This document shows positions 25,553-37,452 of a stretch of 64,000 nt of DNA, piece after piece. The DNA lies in NCBI RefSeq assembly GCF_964213995.1, contig NC_135809.1:138756001-138820000 (forward strand). The letters are read 5' to 3'. The notes under the pieces are model-generated. The model was not told the origin of the DNA and made no database searches. It saw only the letters and a list, made by a program, of their open reading frames with translations. The stretch is from Mustelus asterias (Eukaryota). Each line of letters opens with the position of its first letter. The stretch's first letter is position 1. The position numbers were made by a program, and so were the translations under genes.

Positions 25553-26334
25553 TTTGCTGTAAAGTGCCTCATCAGAAGATGAGGTGCTGTTCCTCCAGTT
25601 TGCGTTGGGCTTCACTGGAGCATCGCATTATCCGAGGACAGAAATATGGGCAGGAAAGCAAGATGCTGAGTTCCAATGGCAGTGACAGGAAGGTCAGGCT
25701 CATGTTTACGGGCAGAGCAAAGGTGTTCTGCAGTTTTATTAATCTCGCTGAAAATGGGTTAATCACTAAAATTAAGCATTGATAATAAGGGAATGCAACC
25801 CTCCATCTGTATGTAGCTTGATTTCAAATCACTAAACTTGACTCTAAAATACTATATGAACTATTTGCTGGTTTCTTGATGTACACAAGTCAGTTCCTTA
25901 ATAAATACTTTTTGACACGATAAACTTAAAATGGGCCTGCACCTGTAACAGCTAAAAAAATAAGAGCAACTTGAAGAGCTCTCCCTGCAAAGCAGAATCA
26001 GTGGGAATCTCTCAACTGAATGTATGGAGTCAGACTGAATATTGAACCCAGTGTAAAAGCATTTCGAATGTCTCAATTACATTCTGCTGCTTTGTCCAAT
26101 TCCATCCAGATTATGCTGATATTGTTGGCAAGAACCAGCAGAAAGTCTCTCCTTAACGCTTAAACCCTGGCTTTCATTTAAAATGAGATTAATAGTAAGA
26201 TAACTAAGGAAACTTCCTTTGAAGGATTTTACCAAGTTTTGGGAGGGTGTGAGTGTTAAAGGATTTAAGATTAAACCTAGCAGATAGCTGTGTACTCATT
26301 GATGTCCTGGTTATCTTATACATTTACCACATCA

Positions 26335-26548
26335 TTGTTGCATCTGCTGTACAGCAGCAATCAGACAGCCACTCGCATCAGAATAGTGCCTGGTACCATC
26401 TGCACCCAGCTGTAAACTCTCAAAATTCTGCAACGCTGACTTATGCAGAGTATTTACCAAGTTTTCTGCAACTTCTCATTCTACAAGCAAGTTCAGTCTC
26501 CTAAAACGCTTTGTGCTGTACGGGTAAAAACATTGATTGGAGGTAAGG
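26335..26548 (+). promoter_or_regulatory. Candidate RAG2 promoter/non-coding exon 1, or lymphoid enhancer
   Basis: Three E-boxes within about 75 bp (CATCTG 26341, CATCTG 26397, CAGCTG 26407) in a repeat-free island, followed by a strong donor GAG|GTAAGG at 26543. Confidence 0.3.
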
Positions 26549-27277
26549 GTACTGTCCTGCCACAGTGGCTGCTCCAGCCCATTGCAATCATGTGTGTCGA
26601 TAGATTTATTACATATTTAAAATAGCGTGACTGTTTTGAAAGGCTCTTGTCAGTGACTGATTAATCAAAGTCTTTGGATGTATAGGGAAGTTGCTGAGTG
26701 TTGGCCAGGAATTATTATAATCGGAGCCAGTCTCTGCATAAATAACTTAGCGCAGAAAAATACTAAATACAATTTATTACAAAACTCTATCCATTAATGT
26801 TATGGTTATGTTATATATTAAGAAGGGACAAACTGGAAAAAAAGTTCAGACACTAAAGTAATTACCATTTGTGACTCAGAAAATTGAGTGGGAGAAGGAT
26901 CATGTCATTGTATAGGTCTATTTCCTCTCTCTCTAACAGTGAAGATCTCATACTGTACTAATATATAAATATCTAACTGATACCAATCACGCTTAATTTC
27001 TGCATTCAAAGAATAGTAATGCAGTCAGTAAAATGGATCAGAGATACAATAGACTGATAGTTAATCTACTCAAGTCTTATTCGAAGGAAACCTGGAACCA
27101 GAAAAGACAGCAATCAAAAACTATATTTGACAACTGTCACTGTATTGGAAGAAAGTTAAGGTAACTTGAAATACACTTAGCACAGAGATAGAGATAAAAG
27201 GTCAACTGAAATAGATTTAACATAAATACAGACAATGACAAGTACCCATTTCTTTAGCCCAAATTGTAAGAAGAGTT

Positions 27278-28343
27278 AGAGTCAGTGAGTCATAGAGGTT
27301 TACAGCATGGAAACAGGCCCTTCGGCCCAACTTGTCCATGCCGCCCTTTTTTTTAAAAACCACGAAGCTGATCCCATTTGCCAGCATTTGGCCCATATCC
27401 CTCTATACCCATCTTACCCATGTAACTATCTAATGCTTTTTAAAAGACAAAATTGTACCCGCCTCTACTACTACTTCTGGCAGCTTGTTCCAGGCACTCA
27501 CCACCCTCTGTGTGAAAAAATTGCTCCTCTGGACACTTTTGTATCTCTCCCCTCTCACCTTAAACCTATGCCCTCTAGTTTTAGACTCCCCTACCTTTGG
27601 GAAAAGATATTGACTATCTAGCTGATCTGTGCCCCTCATTATTTTATAGACCTCTATAAGATCACCTCTAAACCTCCGACTCACCAGAGAAAAAAGTCCC
27701 AGTCTATCCAGCCTCTCCTTATAACTCAAACCATCAAGTCCCGGTAGCATCCTAGTAAATCTTTTCTGCACTCTTTCTAGTTTAATAATATTCTTTCTAT
27801 AATAGGGTGACCAGAATTGCACACAGTATTCCAAGTGTGGCCTTACCAATGTCTTGTATAACTTCAACAAGATATTCCAACTCCTGTATTCAATGTTCTC
27901 ACCGATTAAACTAAGCATGCCGAATGCCTTCTTCACCACTCTGTCCACCTGTGACTCCACTTTCAAGGAGCTATGAACATGTACCCCTAGATCTCTTTGT
28001 TCTGTAACTCTTCCCAATGCCCTACCATTAACTGAGTAAGTCCTGCCCTGGTTCAATCTACCAAAATGCATCACCTCGCATTTATCTAAATTAAACTCCA
28101 TCTGCCATTCGTCAGCCCACTGGCCCAATTGATCAAGATCCCTTTGCAATTGGAGATAACTTTCTTCACTGTCCACTATGCCACCAATCTTAGTGTCATC
28201 TGCAAACTTACTAACCGTGCCTCCTATATTCGCATCCAAATCATTAACATAAATGACAAATAACAGCACTGGACCCAGTACTGATCCCTGAGGCACACCG
28301 CTGGTCACAGGCCTCCAGTTTGAAAAACAACTCTCGACAACCA
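27278..28343 (-). mobile_element. 5'-truncated CR1 LINE
   Basis: ORF 27430-28344 with PQGSVLGP and FADD. Confidence 0.95.
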
Positions 28344-30188
28344 TTTTAATTTAAATTTGATGATGTTCCGACCTCTGGTATATGCTGGTCTATACGGTCC
28401 AGTTTTTGAAATACTGTAAATATCATTTAGTTATCCTGTAATCTGTTTAAGTCACAGTCTAAGAACAAACATTTTGGGTGGGATTTTCCAGTCGTGCTCG
28501 GCCCAAAACCTGAAAATCCCGCCCGAGGTCAACACACCTTTGCATGTTCCGCCCCTCACCCACTACGATCCCCATGGCAGGGGGTTTGAATTTAAACTCT
28601 TTAATAGGTCAGTTAGTTTCCAATTGTAACTGCCTCAAAGTTAAATCTAAATCACATTAAAATGACGGTTGTAGTTGTTTACACCTTGGCAGTGTTGATA
28701 TTTGGAGAGGTAAACTCTCTCCATAATCAAGGCTGGTCTTAGACATGGAGACTGGTCAGATAGGTGAGATACCAGGGTTGGCCAATGTGAAACTGAGTAA
28801 GGGAAAATAGAGAAAACAAGAAGGAGATTCAAGGAAGGACAGTCCACAAACTTCTTCTGTTTCTACAATAGCAATAAAATTAACAAACTGGAGGTTGGCT
28901 CGATGCCTTTTCAAAAAGTGCAAATATCTGAAAGGTCTCCGCAGAGTAACCAAGGGTTACTCTACCTGCTAAAGTCAGACTAATTATAAATTTGGACAAA
29001 GCAAATTCTGTGTAAATGCTGAATTTTAGATGATACTTAATCAAAGGAAAATATTAGTTAGTACCCAGTCTGCCGTGGTTATCATTAACCATGAAAACTG
29101 CAAACAGAAATCTATTCTGCACATTATCTCCTTGACAATGTGCGGCACGGTGGCACAGTGGTTAGCACTGCTGCCTCACAGCATCAGGGACCTGGGTTTG
29201 ACTCCAGCCTTGGGTCATTATTTGTGTGGAGTTTGCACATTCTCCCTGTGTCTGTGTGGGTTTCCTCCAGGTGCTCCGGTTTCCTTCCACTGTCCGAAAG
29301 ACGTGCTGGTTAGGTGGATTGGCCATGCTAAATTGCCCCTTAGTGGCCAAAGATGTGCAGGTTAGGTGGGGATTACCCATGGTAAAAGCACGGGTTTATG
29401 AGGATAGGGCGGGGGATGGGATTGGCCTGGGTAACATGCTTTTTCAGAGAGTTGGTGCAGACTCAATGGGCAACAGTGTTTTTAATTCTAAACCAGTAAA
29501 CATAGAGGAATAGAAGACTCTCTACTCCACTGTATGTACTGATGAAGAAAAACGTGAAGATCAACTGTTTGCTGTTCCCACTTCAAACTGCTGAAGGATT
29601 CAATAATAGTGAACAGCTAAAATCTAAACTGATCTGAATAAAAGCTACACTCTGAAAGTAAAACTGCTAGTTCAGTCAGCTGGATCTAACAAATCCAAAT
29701 ATTTAAATTCAGTGAGCAGGCCCAGTGCCTTCCTGTAGCCACTTGGAGCACTGGGTTCTGGAATAAATGTTGATCAGGACACTAGAATAACCTCCTCAAG
29801 TATAGCACTGATTGTTTACATTCAGTTCAGAGATTAAAATATCATCCAAAAGGTAGTACCACCAACAGTGCAGCAATTCTCCAGTATTGCACTTAAGTAT
29901 CAGACAGGGTAATGTGCTCAAGTCTCTGCAGTGGGATTGAACCCACAACTTGCTGCCTCAAAGATGTTGAGTGTGATCTTACCGGCCGTTCATGCCACGC
30001 TCCTGCTGCAGCGAGGTCAGTGAATCTGGCACCCAGCCAAATCTCTGTTCACTGCAGCAGGATGGGAAAATCCCGCCGGCGTGAACGGGTTAACATTGCA
30101 GCTGAGAGTTTATAACTGAGCCAGAGCTGACACCTAATAAAGAAATGACAGATCAAAATAAATGCCAAACTACCCAATTCACCCAATA

Positions 30189-30497
30189 TGGGCGGCACGG
30201 TGGCACAGTGGATAGCACTGCTGCCTCACAACGCCAGGGACCAAGGTTCGATTCCCGGCTTGGGTGACTGTGTGGAGTCTGCACGTTCTCCCCGTGTCCG
30301 CATGGGTTTCCTCCGGGTGCTCCGGTTTCCTCCCACAGTACGAAAGATGTGCTGGTTAGATGCATTGGCCATGCTAAATTCTCCCTCAGAGTACCTGAAC
30401 AGGCGCCAGAGTGTGGCGATTGGGGGATTTTCACAGCAACTTCATTGAGGTGTTAATGTAAGCCTACTTGTGACGCTAATAAATAAACTTTAAACTT
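30189..30497 (+). mobile_element. V-SINE variant with alternative (non-CR1) tail; others at about 15325-15480 (-), 49194-49500 and 56717-57000
   Basis: Same head and V-domain as HE1, but 3' end is ..aacttcattgc..gtgttaatgtaagcctacttgtgac.ctaataaataaactt. Confidence 0.85.
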
Positions 30498-31559
30498 AAA
30501 ACAATAAATCATTCAAAATTCCTGTAGATTTCCTCATCATTTGTTTTTACATTCATGTAAAATTACATCTGCTCGATTAAAATAATCTGCATTTTGAGTT
30601 TTTTAACTGTTGTTTTAAACCGTGCAAGTAGACTTCGGGAGATATTTAAAACATTGTATTTCTGGGATAAGACTAATTACTTTAAAAAGTAGGCATGATC
30701 CTCTCATTATCCATTCCGTAACTAATGAAGATTTTCCATTTACACAAACACCTTCAGAACATGGGCAAGAGGCCCATTTTCTGCCGCTTGCTGGTTGGTG
30801 GCGAATTCCCGTTATTTAACATGCTGATTGTGTCCAAGTTAATTATTTACTCAGAGACTGAAGAATTTCAATCTAAATTCCATATTAAAAATACTAGGAA
30901 CGGTTCTAGAAATGATAATGGCGTGATATTGTCAGATTTCTGTAAAAACGGATGCTGCTGCATCGGTTTGTGAAGGCAAACCAAACTCTTTTTTTTAAAA
31001 ACTGGTTCTAATACAAACACTGCCAAGTGGATTCCTCAGCCTTGCAGGTGGTTTAGTGGTTAACACCATCTTTCATTGCAACAAATACCACTGAGGCCAA
31101 CCTGCAATGAACTGTATTTCAGAAGAAAACCCTTTTTTTATTATTCATGGCCAGCTTTTATTGCCCATCCCTAGTTGCTCTTGGTTCAGAGGACAGTTGA
31201 GAGTCAACCACATTGCTGTGGCTCAGGAGTCACGTGTAGGCCACACCAGGTAAGGATGGCAGATTTCCTTCCCTAAAGGACATTAGTGAACTGGACGGGT
31301 TTCATATAGATTCTTAATTCCAGATTTCTTTTACTGAATTCAAATTCCGTGGCGGGATTCAAACCTGGGTCCCCAGAACATTAGCTGAGTTTCTGGATTA
31401 ATAGTCTAGCGATAATACCACGAGGCCATCACCTCCCCCTCACTGAAACTTATTTTTCACATGCACCAAGCCTAAAGACAAGAGCAGGAATGTTAGAATT
31501 CAAAGGAGAAAATGGTCCACAACAAAACTGTTAATGCAAGATGTTGTAAATGTAAAAAT

Positions 31560-32657
31560 AAGGTCCCCCGTGCAAGGCTTCTAGAAAAAGTGAGAGGGCA
31601 TGGGATCCAAGGGGCTGCTGCTGCCCGGTGGATCCAGAACTGGCTTGCCCAAAGGAGGCAGAGAGTGTGTATAGATGGGTCTTTTTCTAATTGGAGGTCG
31701 GTCACCAGTGGTGTGCCCCAGGGATCTGTTCTGGGACCCTTGCTGTTTGTCATTTTCATAAATGACCTGGATGAGGAAATGGAGGGATGGGTTGGTAAGT
31801 TTGCCGACGACACGAAGGTTGGTAGGGTTGTGGATAGTCTGGAGGGATGTCAGAAGTTACAGAGGGACATAGATAGGATGCAAGACTGGGCGGACAAGTG
31901 GCAGATGGACTTCAACCCAGATAAATGCGTAGTGGTCCATTTTGGCAGGTCAAATGGGATGAAGGAGTACAATATAAAGGGAAAGACTCTTAGTACTGTA
32001 GAGGATCAGAAGGACCTTGGGGTCCGGGTCCATAGGACTCTAAAATCGGCCCCGCTGACCTTTATCAATCGAGGGATTGAGTTTAGGAGTCCGGGGATAA
32101 TGATGCAGCTATATAAGACCCTCGTCAGACCCCACTTGGAGTACTGTGCTCAGTTCTGGTCACCTCATTACAGGAAGGATGTGGAAAAGATTGAAAGGGT
32201 GCAGAGGAGATTTACACGGATGTTGCCTGGATTGAGTGGCATGCCTTATGAGGATAGGCTGAGGGAGCTCGGTCTTTTCTCCTTGGAGAGACGTAGGATG
32301 AGAGGAGACCTAATAGAGGTATATAAGATATTAACAGGGTGGACTCTCAGAGGCTTTTTGCCAGGGTGGAAATGTCTGCTACAAGAGGACACAGGTTTAA
32401 GGTGCTAGGGGGTAGGTACAGGGGAAATGTTCGGGGGAATTTCTTCACACAGAGGGTGGTGGGCGAGTGGAATCGGCTGCCGTCAGTGGTGGTGGAGGCA
32501 AACTCAATCGGGTCTTTTAAGAGACTCCTGGATGAGTACATGGGACTTAATAGGATGGAGGTTTATAGGTAGGCCCAAAAGGTAGGGATATGTTCGGCAC
32601 AATTTGTGGGGCCGAAGGGTCTGTTTTGTGCTGTAGTTTTCTATGTTTCTATGTTTT
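31560..32657 (+). mobile_element. 5'-truncated CR1 LINE with internal deletions
   Basis: ORF 31512-32408; same subfamily as 38426-39157. Confidence 0.93.
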
Positions 32658-33294
32658 TATATCCATACTGTAGGCTGGATACAGTATAGAAAATAAAAAA
32701 CAGAGTAACTCAAAACTGACAAACACATTGCACCCTGATGGTGAGTCTCTTCAATATATAATGAGGGAACAGCAGAGGCCCTTCGTATACAGCAGAGTAC
32801 TGAGATAAAGGGCAGAGGGCAGAGATAAGCAGCAGAGGGCCTTCATGTACTGTATATTACTACAGTATGTCTTCCAAACACACGAGGATGTTTGTTTGTA
32901 CAAGGACAAGACTGACAATTCAGTGATGCACCGAGGGAGCACTGCACTGTCAGAAGTGCCATAGTTCAACTGTTCAGCTGAATGTAGGAACATGGGAGCA
33001 GCAATCGGCCACTCAGCCGCTGTAGCCTGCTTCACCATTCAATAAGATCATGGCTGATCTCAGTCCCACACTCCTGTGTGGCCCCCATCACTCTTGATTC
33101 CCTTGCCTAACAGAATTCTGTCCAACTCTGCCTTAAATAAATCCAGAGACCCAGCCTCCGCTGCTTCCAAGCAGCAATCACCCCCTTTGGGAGAAAAAGT
33201 TTCTCCTCATTTCCATCTTGAAATAGAGATCTCTAATTTTTAAACTATGTCCCCTACTTCTCATCTTCCCCCACAAGAGGAAACATATCCTGAG

Positions 33295-34140
33295 TATCAA
33301 CAAGACCTAAACAATATCCAGCTTTGAGCTGACAAGTGGCAATAACATTCACGCCACAAGTACTAGGAACCATCTCCAACAAGAGAGAATCGAATCACCA
33401 TCACTGAATCCCCCACTGTCAACATGCTAAAGATTAACATTGACCCAAAACTGAACTGGACTAGCCATAAACAGATGTGGCTACCAGAGCTGGTCAGAGG
33501 CTAGGAATACTGCAGCAAGTAACTCACCTCCTGACTTCCCAAAACCTATCCACTATCTACAAGGCCCAAATCAGGAATGTAATGGAATACTCTCCACTTG
33601 TCTGGATGAGTGTAGCTCCAACAACACTCAAGAAGCTCAATACCATCCTGGACAAAGCAGCCCGCTTGATTGCGACCCCTCGACAAACATTCACTCCCTC
33701 CACAACTGATGCACAGCGACAGCCGTGTGCACCATTTACAAGATGCATGGCAGCAACTCACCAAGTTCCTTAGGCAGCACCTTCCAAACTCATGACCACT
33801 ATCAAAGAACAAAGAACAGTACTTTGTTATGAGTTTGGAAGGTGCTAAGGAACTTGATGAGTTGCTGCAGTGGATAGTACACACGGCTGCCATCTACAAG
33901 GACAAGAGCAGCAGATACATGGGAACACCACCATCTGGACGTTCCCCTCCAAGTCACTCACCATCCTGATTTGGAAATATATCAGTCGCTCCTTCACTGT
34001 CACTGGGTCAAAATGTTGGAATTCCCTCCCTGACAGCATAGTGGGTGTACCTACACTACAGGGACTGCAGTGGTTCAAGGTGGCTCACAGCAGAATTAGG
34101 GATGGACAATAACTGCTGGCCCAGCCAATAACACCCCAGA
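33295..34140 (+). mobile_element. Old L2/CR1-group LINE 3' end with a short internal inversion
   Basis: LSTIYKAQIRNVMEYSPLVW..SKCWNSLP; its tail resembles the tail of the Deu-type SINEs. Confidence 0.7.
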
Positions 34141-34167
34141 AAGGAACAGAAATTGGCCACTTTGTGA

Positions 34168-34408
34168 TAGAAACATAGAAACATAGAAAACGACAGCACA
34201 AAACAGGCCCTTCGGCCCCACAAGTTGTGCCGAACATATCCCTACCTTTTAGGCCTACCTATAACCCTCAATCCTATTAAGTCCCATGTACTCATCCAGG
34301 AGTCTCTTAAAAGACCCTATTGAGTTTGCCTCCACCACCACTGACGGCAGCCGACTCCACTCGCCCACCACCCTCTGAGTGAAAAACTTCCCCCTAACAT
34401 TTCCCCTA
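34168..34408 (-). mobile_element. CR1 3' end
   Basis: FFTQRVVGEW motif and (TTTCTATG)n tail. Confidence 0.9.
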
Positions 34409-34516
34409 ACTAATAAGGTTTTGGTTTTATTCGCACCTGTTGTCACTCTGTGAAAGTGGGAAAGTGATTGCGGTGAAGGTGCGGAATGTGGGAGAGTATC
34501 CAAGACATTGCACTGC

Positions 34517-35805
34517 TCCTGATCCTGATCCAGAACCTGACCCAGAACCTGATCCTGATGTAGATCCAGATCCTGATCATGACCCAGATCCTGACCCTGA
34601 TCTAGATCCAGATCCTGATCCCGATCTAGATCCAGATCCTGATACAGACCCAGATCCTGGTCTAGATCCAGACCCAGATCCTGATCTAGATCCAGATCCT
34701 GACCCAAAACCTGATCCTGATTCTGATCCTGACAAAGATCCTGATCCTGATCTAGATCCTGTTCCAGTTCCTGTTCCATCTCCTGTTCCAGATCCAGCTC
34801 CTGTTCCTGATCCAGCTCCTGTTCCAGCTCCTGTTCCAGCTCCAGCTCCTGTTCCAGATCCAGCTCCTGTTCCTGATCCAGTTCCAGATCCAGATCCTGT
34901 TCCAGCTCCTGTTCCAGATCCAGATCCTGTTCCAGCTCCTGTTCCAGCTCCTGTTCCAGCTCCAGCTCCTGTTCCCTCTCCTGTTCCAAATCCAGCTCCT
35001 GTTCCAGATCCAGCTCCTGTTCCAGATCCAGATCCTGTTCCAGATCCTGTTCCAGATCCAGCTCCTGTTCCAGCTCCTGTTCCAGATCCAGATCCTGTTC
35101 CAGCTCCTGTTCCAGATCCAGCTCCTGTTCCAGCTCCAGCTCCTGTTCCCTCTCCTGTTCCAGATCCAGCTCCTGTTCCAGATCCAGCTCCTGTTCCAGC
35201 TCCTGTTCCAGATCCAGCTCCTGTTCCAGCTCCTGTTCCAGATCCAGCTCCTGTTCCAGCTCCTGTTCCAGATCCAGCTCCTGTTCCAGATCCAGCTCCT
35301 GTTCCAGCTCCTGTTCCAGATCCAGCTCCTGTTCCAGATCCAGCTCCTGTTCCAGTTCCTGTTCCAGATCCAGATCCTGTTCCAGCTCCTGTTCCAGATC
35401 CAGATCCTGTTCCAGCTCCTGTTCCAGCTCCTGTTCCAGCTCCAGCTCCTGTTCCCTCTCCTGTTCCAGATCCAGCTCCTGTTCCAGATCCAGCTCCTGT
35501 TCCAGATCCAGATCCTGTTCCAGATCCAGCTCCTGTTCCAGCTCCTGTTCCAGATCCAGATCCTGTTCCAGCTCCTGTTCCAGATCCAGCTCCTGTTCCA
35601 GCTCCTGTTCCCTCTCCTGTTCCAGATCCAGCTCCTGTTCCAGATCCAGATCCTGTTCCAGCTCCTGTTCCAGATCCAGCTCCAGCTCCTGTTCCAGCTC
35701 CTGTTCCCTCTCCTGTTCCAGATCCAGCTCCTGTTCCAGCTCCAGCTCCTGTTCCTGTTCCAGATCCAGCTCCAGTTCCTGTTCCAGCTCCAGCTCCTGT
35801 TCCAG
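34517..35805. repeat. 1.3 kb compound hexamer tandem array (CCWGAY on the left; CCTGTT/CCAGCT/CCAGAT on the right)
   Basis: Directly visible 6-bp periodicity. It generates the low-complexity PD/PVPA, GTGA and EQEL ORFs in the track. Confidence 0.97.
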
Positions 35806-35879
35806 GTGTTATTTGTTGATGACAGGCTGCGCTGCGGTTTTTTATTCTATAAAACGCACAATTGAACATTTTGCAGCAG

Positions 35880-36080
35880 TTTGCGGCTTTCTTACCTTCT
35901 CCCTGTCGCCGAGCAACGCCGAGGGGCGCGGGGCACGCCGGGAGCTGTAGGCTGGGTGGGTGGGGTCGGAAACTACAATTCCCACAAGGCTGAGCGACAT
36001 GGTCCCGCCAGAAATGGTCCCCCGGGAAGATCCATCCCGGAATCTCCGTTCTGGCTTCGGGGGACAGATTGAGGCCTCGT
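35880..36080 (-). promoter_or_regulatory. IFTAP: IFTAP/NWC CpG-rich promoter and non-coding exon 1 (donor after 35896)
   Basis: Clearly CpG-dense non-repeat patch. ZNF143/SBS-type motifs at 35972-35991 (+, ACTACAATTCCCACAAGGCT) and 35927-35951 (-, CCTACAGCTCCCGGCGTGCCCCGCG); X-box GTCGCCGAGCAAC at 35905-35917; minus-strand donor AAG|GTAAGA at 35895-35894. Confidence 0.8.
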
Positions 36081-37214
36081 GTCTCCTGTGGCTTCACAAT
36101 ATGTCCCAGAAATACCTCCAACATATTGTTACCCCAAATAATTAACCCCATGAATAGCACAGTGCAGAATAAACAGGACAGCTTTCAATAGCAGCTAGTC
36201 ATTGGGACACATTAATTTAGTCACTCCTATTACATAAACTTACCCTAATTCTTACACATTTTACATTAATATTAACTCTTATTTATTGCCCCAAATCCTC
36301 ACAGCACAGCACAGGCAAATCACAAAGGCCAAGTATAAGCTGACTGGCAAAGTGGTGATATGAGGATCCATCGGGAGTTGATTTTGAATGTTAGGAACGC
36401 CGGATTTCCAGAGAAACCTCCTTGCCCAAACCATATAGAACTTGCTACCAGAAGAAGTCACCAAGGCGACTAACAAATTTATTAAAATGAAACGAGATAA
36501 ATACTGGGGGAGCAGGGGGTGGGGGTGAAGCCCCCAGATGCTGAGAGGGTCAATTGAAGTAGCATGTGGGATGAGATTCATGTGGCACATACATTCTGAC
36601 AAAGGCCAAATGGCCGTTGTCTCTGCTGTAAACTCAATATCATTCCATATGACTCAAATTGACCAGCAAGTTCAGGCAAGAGATATTCCTTAAGTTGCAA
36701 ATCACCATGGCCATTTTATTTATCTGAATGTCAGTTCACCTTCAACCTCTCTATTATATTTGCACATTGAACTCACAAGTTACAACCACTTAAATAGTGT
36801 AAGTGTGTCCTTTAACTGCATTTGCAATTGTTGACCCAACCTGAATGATCGGGACTTTATTTACAAGGTTGCTTTATTAGCTGTATGCTTTGAGCTCATT
36901 CAATGGTACACTCATTCCCCATGTTAGGTGTTGACTATTGTTCAGACCACATGAACCTTACTCAGGAAGGCTGTTCTTTAAGTAATAGTTGCCATGGTTA
37001 TCAAGGAGACAGACTTTCCCAAAAAGGGAAAAGTATTTTCCAAGCTAGGGTTCACAAAGAGGTCGCTGGAATGATAGATGAGATAAAATAGATAAAGTAG
37101 AGGTACATAGGGAGGATCAGCCACCCAGGGTGGGGGAGGTGGTCTCTACTTGTGAGGGGACAGAAAGGGTAAGATACTGACCTCAATCTTCCAATTCAAT
37201 GCAGGGCTGGTGCC

Positions 37215-37452
37215 TGATGCACTATCAATCAAGCAAAGACTAGTTTGTATGCTAGAACAAATAGGCTTTTATTAGCAAAAGACTTGGAGCACACCCATGC
37301 CGATGAACTGGTCCAGAGACTGAGGCAGGGGGTGGGGAGCAGTCACCTTTATACCTGGACCAGGGGGGAGGAGTCCCAGGCCGGGCCGGCAGGGGCATGT
37401 CCAGGCATGTCACACACACAGACAGGCAATAAGCTAACAGTGGTTTACCACA
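37215..37452 (-). mobile_element. Solo LTR (238 bp, TG..CA, 5-bp TSD GTGCC)
   Basis: On the - strand it starts TGTGGTAAACC, has TATAAA then AATAAA, and ends GTGCATCA; GTGCC at 37210-37214 and 37453-37457. Confidence 0.85.

Noticed and set aside
34255-36160. Long ORFs (459, 527 and 244 aa) resembling Pro-rich, silk-like or antifreeze-type proteins
   Set aside because: They are several frames of one hexamer array that happens to lack stops; no splice or domain support, and the array lies in IFTAP intron 1.
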